Of a stretch of 64,000 bases of DNA, positions 20,439-28,798 are shown piece by piece. The DNA is from an uncultured Chloroflexia bacterium (lineage in GTDB: Bacteria > Chloroflexota > Limnocylindria > Limnocylindrales > CSP1-4), in NCBI GenBank assembly GCA_963713975.1, contig OY970218.1, positions 3,200,001-3,264,000 of the forward strand. The letters are read 5' to 3'. Within the stretch, counting starts at the first letter, position 1. Each line of letters begins with the position of its first letter. Below the pieces are notes generated by a model. It worked only from the letters and a program-made list of their open reading frames with translations. It did not search any database and had not been told where the DNA came from. The translations under genes were made by a program, and so were the position numbers.

Positions 20439-21674
20439 ATGACAGCCGCCACCCGCCCTCTCGTCACCCCGGTTCGCACGCGCGCCGCCCGCGTCGCCGT
20501 CAGCTCCCTGTTCATCGCCAACGGCGCGATCTCCGCGTCGATCCTGCCCCGCCTGCCGGCCATCAAGGACAATCTCGGCCTCTCCAACGGGGAACTGGGG
20601 ACGGCCGTGGCCGCCATGCCGCTCGGCGGCCTCATCGCAGGCGGCCTGGTGGGGTTCCTGATCGTGCGTTTCGGGAGCGGCCGCGTCGCGACCGTCGCGG
20701 GGCTGCTGGCGGCCTTGACGCTCGTGGCGGTGGGCCTGGCGAGCTCGTGGCTCACGCTCGCCCTGGCGATGCTGGTCCTGGGCATGTTCGACGCGACGAT
20801 GGACGCGTCGATGAACGCCCACGGGCTCGGCCTCCAGCGGGTGTATGGACGATCGATCCTGCAGGGTTTCCACGGTATGTGGAGCATCGGCAGCCTGGCG
20901 GCCGCGGCCGTTGGGGCCGTCGCCGCCGCCGCCGGCGTGCCGGTCTCGACCAGCCTGGCAGCGGCCGCGGCCGTGGCAGCCATCGGGGTGCTCCTGGCGG
21001 GCCACTGGCTGCTTCCTGCCGCGGTCGCGGACGCGCCGCACGACGCCGCCGGTGAGGAGGTGATCCATCTCCGGAGCACGCCGCGCCTCCTCCGGGTGCT
21101 GCTCCCGATCGCGCTGCTGGGCATCCTGTGCGTCACGATCCAGGGTTCCGCCGCGACCTGGAGCGCCGTGTACCTGGCCGACGTGCTCGGGCAGCCCGCC
21201 GGCATCGCCGCGACCGCGTTCGTGGTCTACATGGGTGCGATGGTCCTGGGCCGCCTCACCAACGACCGGTGGATCGACCGCTGGGGCAGCACGACCGTCG
21301 TGCGGGCCGGGGCCGTCATTGCCTCGGCGGGGCTGGTGCTCGCGATCGTCGCCGCGCCGCTCACCGCGCCCGTGCTGGCCTTCATCGGGTTTGCCGGCGT
21401 TGGCCTGGGCTCGTCACCGATGTTCCCGGTCATGATCGGAGCGGCGGGCTCGCAACCGGGTATCCCCGCCGGCCATGGTGTCGCGATCGTCGCGTGGCTG
21501 GTCCGGATCGGGCTGATCCTCGCCCCCGCCGTTGTGGGTGCGGCCGCCGACGCATGGGGGCTGGCCGCGGCGCTGCTGATCCCGCTGGCCGCCGGGGTCG
21601 CGATCGTCGTGGTCGCGCCGGTGCTCACGGGCGCGCCCCGGGAACGCACTCGGGTCCCGGTCGCCGCGGACTGA
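20439..21674 (+). CDS. MFS transporter
   Basis: About 12 hydrophobic segments; FHGMWSIG and GRLTNDRWIDRWG motifs of YbjJ-like MFS proteins. Confidence 0.9.
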   Translation: MTAATRPLVTPVRTRAARVAVSSLFIANGAISASILPRLPAIKDNLGLSNGELGTAVAAMPLGGLIAGGLVGFLIVRFGSGRVATVAGLLAALTLVAVGLASSWLTLALAMLVLGMFDATMDASMNAHGLGLQRVYGRSILQGFHGMWSIGSLAAAAVGAVAAAAGVPVSTSLAAAAAVAAIGVLLAGHWLLPAAVADAPHDAAGEEVIHLRSTPRLLRVLLPIALLGILCVTIQGSAATWSAVYLADVLGQPAGIAATAFVVYMGAMVLGRLTNDRWIDRWGSTTVVRAGAVIASAGLVLAIVAAPLTAPVLAFIGFAGVGLGSSPMFPVMIGAAGSQPGIPAGHGVAIVAWLVRIGLILAPAVVGAAADAWGLAAALLIPLAAGVAIVVVAPVLTGAPRERTRVPVAAD

Positions 21675-21675
21675 C

Positions 21676-24636
21676 CTACCCCTCGACCGTGGCCGGAGCC
21701 TCGTCAACCTCGGCAAGCGCGGCATCCCGGCGCGACACCGGCGTCATCCCCTCCCAAGAGTCACCCGTCTTCACCTCGACCGTGAGCGGCACCGACAGCG
21801 GCAGCGCACCCTCCATGGCCGTCCGCAGGACCGGCACCAAGCGTTCGACCTCGTCGCGCGGAGCCTCGAGCAGCAGTTCGTCGTGCACCGAGAGCAGGAC
21901 CCGCGACCGGAATCCGCCCTCGCGCAACGCCCGATCGGTACGGATCATCGCGATCTTGACGATGTCGGCCGCCGTGCCCTGGATCGGCATGTTGATCGCC
22001 ATCCGCTCGCCGGCCGACTTGAGCGCCCGATTCGACGACCGCAGCTCCGGGATCTGCCGCTTGCGACCCAGGAGGGTGGCAACGTAGCCCTGCTCGGCGG
22101 CGGTCTCCCGGATGTGGAGCATGTAGCGGCTGATGCCGCTGTACGCCGCGAAGTAGGAGGTGATGAACTCCTGCGCGTCCTGGCGGCTGATGCCGGCCCG
22201 GCTGGACAGCCCGAAGTCGCTCATGCCGTAGGCGAGCCCGAAGTTGACCATTTTGGCCATGGAGCGCTCGTCGCCGGTCACGTCCTCGGGCGCCTTGCGC
22301 AGCACGCGGGCTGCCGTCTCCCGGTGGATGTCCGCCTCCCGGGCGAAGGCGTCGGCAAGGTGCTCGTCACCCGACACGTGGGCGAGGATCCGGAGCTCGA
22401 TCTGGCTGTAGTCGGCGGCGACCAGGGTGGTCTCCGGTGAGCCGGCCACGAACGCGTGGCGGATCCGGCGGCCCAGCGGCGTGCGGATCGGGATGTTCTG
22501 GAGGTTGGGGTCCGACGACGACAGGCGCCCGGTGGCCGCGACGGCCTGGTGGAATAGCGTGTGCAGCCGCCCGTCGGGGCCGAGCAGGTTGGGCAGGGCC
22601 TCCACGTAGGTCGAGCGCAGCTTGGAGTAGATGCGCCACTCCAACACCGGCTGGACCACGGGGTGGACGCCCCGCAGCTCCTCGAGGACCGTCGCGTCCG
22701 TGGAGTAGCCGGTCTTGGTCTTGCGGCCCCTTGGCAGGCCCAGCTCGACGAACAGGATCTCGCCCAGCTGCTTCGGGCTGCCGATGGTGAACTGGTGGCC
22801 GACGACCGCGTAGATCTCCTCTTCCAGGCGCGTGATCTCGGTCGCGAACTCGCGCTCGAGGGCCCCGAGCGCGTCACGGTCCAGGGCGACGCCGGCCGCC
22901 TCCATCCGGGCCAGGATCGGGATCAGCGGGAGCTCGATCTCCGCGAACAGGCGGTCCACGCCCTCGTCACGCAGGGCCTGCTCCAGCGAGGGGCGAACGG
23001 CAAGGACGGAGAGGGCCTCCAGGCCGGCGACGGCCGGCGGTGGGAGGTCGGCGGCCGACGGCGGCAGGACGAGGTCGAGCCGCTCTGCGACGACGTCCGC
23101 GATCTTCTGCGCGCGCAGCGCGGCGTTGACGAGGTAGGCGGCGACCTGGGTGTCGAACGCCACCGGGGTGGGCTGGGCGTCCGGCTCCTCGGCGAGCCGG
23201 GCGGTGAGCATGGCCTTGACCTCGTGGCCCACGAGCGGGGTGCCCAGGCGCTCCAGGAGGTGGCGGAGGGCCGTCGACGCCGCCGCTCCGTCGGCTGCGA
23301 CCGTGCGTCCGTCGGCACCGGCCACGGCGATCGACAGCGGTGTGCCGGCCAGGGGTCGCGGGTCATCCACGACGAGCGCGACGCCAACCGCGTCCTGCTC
23401 GCGCAGCCACGGCTCCAGGGTGGCCACCCGCTCCTCGTCCGCGAGCTCGACCCGGCCAGGGTCCACGATGGCCGCAGCCAGCGCGCCCGCCAGGTCGCCG
23501 GTCGCCGCCGCGATCGCGTCGGCCCGTGCCTCGATCGCCGGTGAGGTCGCCGCGATCGAGGGGCTTGCCGCGGGGCGGCCATCCGACACCATGTCGAAGT
23601 CCATGGACAGCTGCAGTGAGGCGTCGCCCCGGCGGGATGAGTCCTGGCCGGTCACGCTTCCGGACCGCGTGCTGCCACCGTCCCGCCCACGGCCCTGGGC
23701 CGCCGGGAAGCCGGCGTCGCGGAGATCGCGCATCGCCATCACAGCGTCCTCCGGTCGCTCGCCCACCAGGGGCGGCAGCCGGTCGATGAGCGTGCGGAAC
23801 TCGAACTCGCGGAACAGCCGGACGACCTCCTCGCGGTCGTACTCCCCCACCCGTCCGCGGACCGGGTCGAGGTCCACGTCCACGTCGCGAACGAGGCGCA
23901 TCAGCTCGCGGCTCTCGAGCACGGTCTCCCGGTGCTCCTCGAGGAGCGGCCGGAGCTTCTCGGGGGTCACCTGGTCGATGTGCTCGTACACCGTGTCGAG
24001 CGTCTCCCACGTGGCGATCAGCTTCGAGGCGGTCTTCTCCCCTACTCCCGGGATGCCCGGGATGTTGTCCGTGGGGTCTCCCTTGAGCGCCTTGTAGTCC
24101 AGCATCTGGTCCGGTCGGAGGCCCCAGCGCTCGGCGATCTTCGCGAGGTCGTAGGCGACCGTGTTGGCGACGCCTCCGCGGAGCGACACCATCAGTCGGG
24201 TGCGCTCGGAGACCAGCTGCAGCATGTCCAGGTCGCCGGTGAGGATCGTGACCTCGAGGCCGATCGCCTCGGCCTGGCCCGTGAGGGTAGCGATCACGTC
24301 GTCGGCCTCGAACCCCTCTCGCTCATACACCGGGATGCCCAGCGCGTGGACCACGTCCCGGACCTTCGGGATCTGCTCCCGCATGTCATCCGGCATCCTG
24401 GTCCGCGTGCCCTTGTACTCCGCGTACCGCTCATGGCGGAAGGTCGGCTTGCCGAGGTCGAAGGCCACCGCGATGCGATCCGGTTTCACGTCGGTGATGG
24501 CGCGCAGGACGATGTTCGTGAACCCGAACACGGCCGTCACCAGCTCGCCCTTCGACGTGGTGAGCGGCTGGTCGATGAGCGCGAAGTAGCCGCGGTAGAT
24601 GAGCCCGTTGCCGTCGAGCAGCAGGAGGCGTTCCAT
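21676..24636 (-). CDS. polA: DNA polymerase I
   Basis: MERLLLLDGNGLIYRGYFA 5' nuclease, ADYSQIELR, AKMVNFGLAYG, VHDEL; the 3'-5' exonuclease region looks degenerate. Confidence 0.97.
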   Translation of the reverse strand: MERLLLLDGNGLIYRGYFALIDQPLTTSKGELVTAVFGFTNIVLRAITDVKPDRIAVAFDLGKPTFRHERYAEYKGTRTRMPDDMREQIPKVRDVVHALGIPVYEREGFEADDVIATLTGQAEAIGLEVTILTGDLDMLQLVSERTRLMVSLRGGVANTVAYDLAKIAERWGLRPDQMLDYKALKGDPTDNIPGIPGVGEKTASKLIATWETLDTVYEHIDQVTPEKLRPLLEEHRETVLESRELMRLVRDVDVDLDPVRGRVGEYDREEVVRLFREFEFRTLIDRLPPLVGERPEDAVMAMRDLRDAGFPAAQGRGRDGGSTRSGSVTGQDSSRRGDASLQLSMDFDMVSDGRPAASPSIAATSPAIEARADAIAAATGDLAGALAAAIVDPGRVELADEERVATLEPWLREQDAVGVALVVDDPRPLAGTPLSIAVAGADGRTVAADGAAASTALRHLLERLGTPLVGHEVKAMLTARLAEEPDAQPTPVAFDTQVAAYLVNAALRAQKIADVVAERLDLVLPPSAADLPPPAVAGLEALSVLAVRPSLEQALRDEGVDRLFAEIELPLIPILARMEAAGVALDRDALGALEREFATEITRLEEEIYAVVGHQFTIGSPKQLGEILFVELGLPRGRKTKTGYSTDATVLEELRGVHPVVQPVLEWRIYSKLRSTYVEALPNLLGPDGRLHTLFHQAVAATGRLSSSDPNLQNIPIRTPLGRRIRHAFVAGSPETTLVAADYSQIELRILAHVSGDEHLADAFAREADIHRETAARVLRKAPEDVTGDERSMAKMVNFGLAYGMSDFGLSSRAGISRQDAQEFITSYFAAYSGISRYMLHIRETAAEQGYVATLLGRKRQIPELRSSNRALKSAGERMAINMPIQGTAADIVKIAMIRTDRALREGGFRSRVLLSVHDELLLEAPRDEVERLVPVLRTAMEGALPLSVPLTVEVKTGDSWEGMTPVSRRDAALAEVDEAPATVEG

Positions 24637-24776
24637 CGGCGGACCCGTGCGGGTTGGGACGCCACCAGTGTAGCCGCGCAGGAGCCGTGGGCGGCCGACG
24701 CCTGCCGGTCGCCAGGCTGCCCGTTCGGCGCCTGCCGCCCCTTCGGCGCCCGGCCGCCACGCGGCCCGTTCGGCGC

Positions 24777-24969
24777 TCGTGGGCGACGTCCTGCTCGCGT
24801 GGGCGAACAGTCGAGGGTGATTTGCGGCTTCCGTCATCCAACTGCTCGCCATCGGCGAGCGCATCAGGGATCGCGGTCGTCGGCCGGGCCGCCCGGCGAG
24901 CGGGTCTGGCCGCGGCCCAGGTTCGGATCATGCGACGGTCAGCGGGCAGCTCGCCGACGATGCCCACGA
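24777..24969. repeat. Possible miniature inverted-repeat element with internal GCTCGC-N4/5-GCGAGC palindromes
   Basis: Ends tcgtgggcgacgtc / gacgatgcccacga are 12/14 inverted matches; internal palindromes at 24793 and 24844. Confidence 0.45.
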
Positions 24970-25028
24970 TGGGGCGCCACGGTTCGGGTTCGGCTGCCCC
25001 AGTGGGATTGAGCCTCGGCGGGCCCGGC

Positions 25029-25847
25029 TCAGGTGGTCCGACGAGTGATGAGCCGGGCACCGAGTCGCAGCCCGGCGAGCCCCAGGCCGACGACGAGCAT
25101 GACACCGGCAAGCAGCCCGAGAGGCTCGGTCGACGATGTCCAGGAATTCGTCGGGTTCGATGCCAGGTCCCGCTCCGCCATGTAGGCACCGGCGCCCGGT
25201 GGGGCCAAGTTCCCCGTGGCGGAGCCATCGGTCTTGCCCGATGGTTCGACGCCCTCCAGTGGCACCGCAAACAGCGTGACGTCCGGCGATGCGGCGGCGT
25301 TCGAATCCCCGCCACCGGCCTGTGTGCCGGCGCGGATGCCCCCGTCACCAGCCCCCGCTGCAGCCGACTCCGCGGCCGGCATCTCGGCAGGGGCGGCGCT
25401 CGCGGCGGCGGCGGCAGCCGCTCCATCGGACTCGGCCTGGGCGTCCGTCGCGGCAGCCGGTGCCGATGCCGCGCCACCCATCGGGATGCCCAATCCGCCG
25501 GCGACGAGGACGCCCGCGATGCCCAGGGCGGCAAGCCCGCCGCCGAGGGGTCCCGCGAAGGCGAACCGCGGCCCCGCGAACGGGGCGAGCAGGCGGCGCC
25601 ACCCGGCGGGCCGGAGCGAGGCTGCCTGGTCCCCGGTCAGGCGGAAGTCGCGGGTCCGGACGGGCGCGGGCAGCGATGCCGTTGCCGTGGCGATCGCGCG
25701 CAGGTCGTGGTGGAGGACGGCGCACTCGTCACAGGTGGCCACCAGGGCGGCCGCGGCATCCAGGTCAGGACCCGTCGCATCCCCCGCGGCGTAGGCGGCG
25801 ATGACGAGCTGGTCGTGGCCGGCGTGGCCGGCGGAGGGGTGCGGCAT
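25029..25847 (-). CDS. Membrane-anchored anti-sigma factor, copy 2
   Basis: Zinc-binding-like N-terminus (HAGHD...CDEC), TM helix, low-complexity external region, C-terminal TM helix. 5' part identical to 26181-26668. Confidence 0.75.
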   Translation of the reverse strand: MPHPSAGHAGHDQLVIAAYAAGDATGPDLDAAAALVATCDECAVLHHDLRAIATATASLPAPVRTRDFRLTGDQAASLRPAGWRRLLAPFAGPRFAFAGPLGGGLAALGIAGVLVAGGLGIPMGGAASAPAAATDAQAESDGAAAAAAASAAPAEMPAAESAAAGAGDGGIRAGTQAGGGDSNAAASPDVTLFAVPLEGVEPSGKTDGSATGNLAPPGAGAYMAERDLASNPTNSWTSSTEPLGLLAGVMLVVGLGLAGLRLGARLITRRTT

Positions 25848-25858
25848 GACCCTTCCCT

Positions 25859-25884
25859 GACGACGCGATGATCGTCCGGGTTCC
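25859..25884 (-). promoter_or_regulatory. ECF-type promoter GGAAC-N17-CGTC before anti-sigma copy 2
   Basis: GGAAC ccggacgatcatcgcgt CGTC agggaagggtc ATG on the minus strand. Confidence 0.65.
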
Positions 25885-25885
25885 G

Positions 25886-26668
25886 TCAAGCGTCCGAGAC
25901 GATGCGCCGGCTCGCCAGGCGCACCCCGAACAGGACCGCTCCGGCCAGGAGCGCCAGGCCCGAGACAAGGGGCAGCATGGGCGCCGTGCCGCCGTCCAAT
26001 TCAGGTGTCGCCTCGTATCCCGCCACCGCGTCCGCATCCGGTGATCCCGGCGCCTGCCCGGCCACGGAGTCCTTGTCAGCCGATACCTCGGGCGCGACGG
26101 GCTGGGCCTCGGGCGCGACCAGGCGGTCGACCCCCGGTGACTGCTGGCCGGCACGGACGCCCCCGTCACCGGCGCCTGCGGCAGCCGACTCCGCGGCCGG
26201 CATCTCGGCAGGGGCGGCGCTCGCGGCGGCGGCGGCAGCCGCTCCATCGGACTCGGCCTGGGCGTCCGTCGCGGCAGCCGGTGCCGATGCCGCGCCACCC
26301 ATCGGGATGCCCAATCCGCCGGCGACGAGGACGCCCGCGATGCCCAGGGCGGCAAGCCCGCCGCCGAGGGGTCCCGCGAAGGCGAACCGCGGCCCCGCGA
26401 ACGGGGCGAGCAGGCGGCGCCACCCGGCGGGCCGGAGCGAGGCTGCCTGGTCCCCGGTCAGGCGGAAGTCGCGGGTCCGGACGGGCGCGGGCAGCGATGC
26501 CGTTGCCGTGGCGATCGCGCGCAGGTCGTGGTGGAGGACGGCGCACTCGTCACAGGTGGCCACCAGGGCGGCCGCGGCATCCAGGTCAGGACCCGTCGCA
26601 TCCCCCGCGGCGTAGGCGGCGATGACGAGCTGGTCGTGGCCGGCGTGGCCGGCGGAGGGGTGCGGCAT
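25886..26668 (-). CDS. Membrane-anchored anti-sigma factor, copy 1
   Basis: ATG overlaps the sigma stop (TGATG); same N-terminus as copy 2, with TM helices. Confidence 0.8.
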   Translation of the reverse strand: MPHPSAGHAGHDQLVIAAYAAGDATGPDLDAAAALVATCDECAVLHHDLRAIATATASLPAPVRTRDFRLTGDQAASLRPAGWRRLLAPFAGPRFAFAGPLGGGLAALGIAGVLVAGGLGIPMGGAASAPAAATDAQAESDGAAAAAAASAAPAEMPAAESAAAGAGDGGVRAGQQSPGVDRLVAPEAQPVAPEVSADKDSVAGQAPGSPDADAVAGYEATPELDGGTAPMLPLVSGLALLAGAVLFGVRLASRRIVSDA

Positions 26669-27285
26669 CAGTCGCCATCCCCCCGGAACAGCCCGATGGA
26701 GCCATCCAGCAGATCGCGCAGCGCAAGCCGCCCACGATGGATCCGCGATTTGACGGTCCCCAGGGACACGCCGGCGATCTCGGCGATCTCCGCGTAGTCG
26801 TAGCCCTCCACGTCGAACAGCACGATCGCCTGCCGCTGGTCCGGCGTGATCGATGCGAGGGCCGCGTTGAGCACACGCGCTCGCTCGCCCTGCATCGCCG
26901 TCCGGACCGGGTCGGCTTCCTCGCCGGCGGGCGGCTGCCAGCTCTCGTCCTCGAACTCCGGGTAGGGCTGGGACGGGCGCCGCTTCTTCAGGCGCTGCTG
27001 GTCCATCGCCGCGTTGATCGCGATCCGGCTCAGCCACGACCGGACGCTGCCACCCCTGAACGAGCGCATGTTGCGGTACGCCGAGAAGAACGCCTCCTGG
27101 ACGGCGTCGCCGGCCTGGTCGCGGTCGGGCACCATGCGCGCCACGAGACCGAACAGGTGATCCTGGTAGCACTCGACGAGATCGTTGAAGGCGTCGAGGC
27201 TGCCGTCTCGTGCCCGCTCCAGCAGGATGAGATCGCGGCGCTGGATCGGATCCTCGACGGCCTCCGACGGCCGGACGTCCTGCAC
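26668..27285 (-). CDS. ECF (sigma-70 group 4) RNA polymerase sigma factor
   Basis: AFNDLVECYQ, DAVQEAF, SWLSRIAIN, DVEGYDYAEIAE...GTVKSRIHRGR. GTG 27285 follows SD AGGAGG. Confidence 0.93.
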   Translation of the reverse strand: MQDVRPSEAVEDPIQRRDLILLERARDGSLDAFNDLVECYQDHLFGLVARMVPDRDQAGDAVQEAFFSAYRNMRSFRGGSVRSWLSRIAINAAMDQQRLKKRRPSQPYPEFEDESWQPPAGEEADPVRTAMQGERARVLNAALASITPDQRQAIVLFDVEGYDYAEIAEIAGVSLGTVKSRIHRGRLALRDLLDGSIGLFRGDGD

Positions 27286-27392
27286 GACGGGCGCGGCCCT
27301 CCTGGCGACGATGGTGAGGCGCGGCGAGTCTAGCATCGGGTCCGGGCATGGGGGCCGGGCAGGCCGGCACGGGTACAGTGCATCCGCCCAAG

Positions 27393-27418
27393 GACGCGGC
27401 ACCCCCGGCGACGGTTCC
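27393..27418 (-). promoter_or_regulatory. Putative autoregulatory ECF promoter GGAAC-N17-CGTC upstream of the sigma gene
   Basis: Minus-strand GGAAC (27414-27418), 17 nt, CGTC (27393-27396). A separate housekeeping-type TGnTAGACT lies at 27327-27335. Confidence 0.65.
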
Positions 27419-27442
27419 GCTCCGCTACGATCACCTCCGCGC

Positions 27443-27528
27443 GGCGAAGTGGCGGAATGGCAGACGCGGCGGTCTCAAACACCGCTGAGGGCAACCTCGT
27501 GTGGGTTCGAATCCCACCTTCGCTACCA
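27443..27528 (+). tRNA. tRNA-Leu (anticodon CAA)
   Basis: Acceptor GGCGAAG/CTTCGCT-A-CCA, D-arm GGCGGAATGGCAGACGC, anticodon arm GCGGT-CTCAAAC-ACCGC, long variable arm, T-loop GGTTCGAATCC. Confidence 0.96.
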
Positions 27529-27591
27529 CGCTTCCTGTGCCCGATCGGGCCAGGCCACCGCGATCTGGCACCACGACAGGAGGCCGAGGGG

Positions 27592-27792
27592 TTGAGCACC
27601 AAGCACCAGAGCGAGAGCAGCAAGTCTCACAACGCCCGCAAGAAGCACGACCAGCAGGTCCGCCAGCGCGAGGAGACGACGGGCAACCCCTGGCACGAGT
27701 CGAAAGGCGCGCGCATCGGCATGGCCGCCATCGCCATCATCGCGGTCGTGTCGCTGACGCTCCTGTTCGTGGGTGGCGTGATCAAGTGGTAG
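27592..27792 (+). CDS. Small basic protein with C-terminal TM helix
   Basis: TTG at 27592 after SD AGGAGG; SKSHNARKKH...IAIIAVVSLTLLFVGGVIKW. Confidence 0.65.
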   Translation: MSTKHQSESSKSHNARKKHDQQVRQREETTGNPWHESKGARIGMAAIAIIAVVSLTLLFVGGVIKW

Positions 27793-27888
27793 CCGGCCCG
27801 GCCAGGGTCGATGCGCGCCAGGACCCGCCCGAGGCGGCGAGCGGGTAGACTCCCCGCCACGCAACCGTTCATCCCCCGCGGAGTCCCC

Positions 27889-28464
27889 ATGAGCCTCTTT
27901 CGCCGCGTCCTGAACCTCGACACTCCTGACTCGCCCGACCTCCCCGTCCATCCGGACGCCCCGATTCCGCCCACGGCCGTCGGTGAGACCGACAGCGTGC
28001 GCCTGCTCTCGCTCCGCCTCGACGGGTTCCCTCCGGCTCGCGCCCGGTACCTGGCAGCCTTTGCCTACCTGCTCGGGCGGGCCGCCAACGCGACGGAAGG
28101 CATGAGCGACGCCGAGCGATCCGCGATGCTGTCCATCGCCGACACCGGGGGGCTCGACACCGAGACGGCACGCCTGATCGTGGACATGGCGGCGACGCTG
28201 GCGGGTGAGTTCGGAGCGACCGAGGACTACCTCGTGACGCGCGAGTTCAAGGCGATCTCGACCATGGAGGAGCGCGAGCGGCTGCTGCGCTGCTGCTTCC
28301 TGGTGATGGCTGCCGACGACGAGGTCGATGCGACCGAGTCCTGGCTGGCGAACCGGATGGCCGAGGAGCTGGACGTGGAACGCCCGGACCTCAATCGCAT
28401 CCGCGAGGAGTTCTACGACAAGCTCTCCGGCGTGCGCGCCGTCCGCGAGGTCAGCGAGGGCTGA
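27889..28464 (+). CDS. TerB-family (tellurite-resistance-like) protein
   Basis: AYLLGRAANATEGMSDAE...FLVMAADDEVDATE...MAEEL helical TerB pattern. Confidence 0.75.
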   Translation: MSLFRRVLNLDTPDSPDLPVHPDAPIPPTAVGETDSVRLLSLRLDGFPPARARYLAAFAYLLGRAANATEGMSDAERSAMLSIADTGGLDTETARLIVDMAATLAGEFGATEDYLVTREFKAISTMEERERLLRCCFLVMAADDEVDATESWLANRMAEELDVERPDLNRIREEFYDKLSGVRAVREVSEG

Positions 28465-28537
28465 TCCGGGCTGCGGTCGCGCGGCCCTGCGGCGTGGTTC
28501 GCTGCTGAGAGGTGGTCGTGGTTCGGCAGTGACCCGC

Positions 28538-28697
28538 GTGCGTCCCACGCACGAACTCCGAGGACCTCTGTCCCGGACATGCGTCCACGGCACGTCTGAG
28601 ACAACACAACACGGGTGCACCGCCTCGACATGGTCCTGAACGTGCGCCCCACGCACATCGCCAGCTTGGACGACCGGAAATTGTGCGTCCGGCGCAC
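28538..28697. repeat. Four-box palindromic intergenic element, copy B
   Basis: Boxes at 28538 (gtgcgtcccacgcac), 28579 (atgcgtccacggcac), 28642 (gtgcgccccacgcac), 28683 (gtgcgtccggcgcac); spacing 41/63/41. Confidence 0.75.
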
Positions 28698-28743
28698 GGC
28701 GCACGGCGGGACGAGCGGGCGGAGCGATGGACACGATGACCGC

Positions 28744-28769
28744 GGAACACAACGGTCTCGTGAAGCGTC
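28744..28769 (+). promoter_or_regulatory. ECF-type promoter GGAAC-N17-CGTC before the lipoprotein gene
   Basis: GGAAC acaacggtctcgtgaag CGTC, about 30 nt before ATG 28799. Confidence 0.6.
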
Positions 28770-28798
28770 CGGGCATCCGATGCCACAGGGAGTCCGTC

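Larger units (their letters stand above)
25360..26668. repeat. 488-bp direct repeat (25360-25847 = 26181-26668)
   Basis: By-eye comparison found no mismatch at offset 821; the repeat begins exactly at both ATG codons. Confidence 0.92.

Noticed and set aside
25886-27391. 501-aa ORF suggesting a sigma/anti-sigma fusion or frameshift
   Set aside because: The N-terminal half is an off-frame read of the sigma gene; the true start is the ATG at 26668 overlapping the sigma stop, matched by copy 2.
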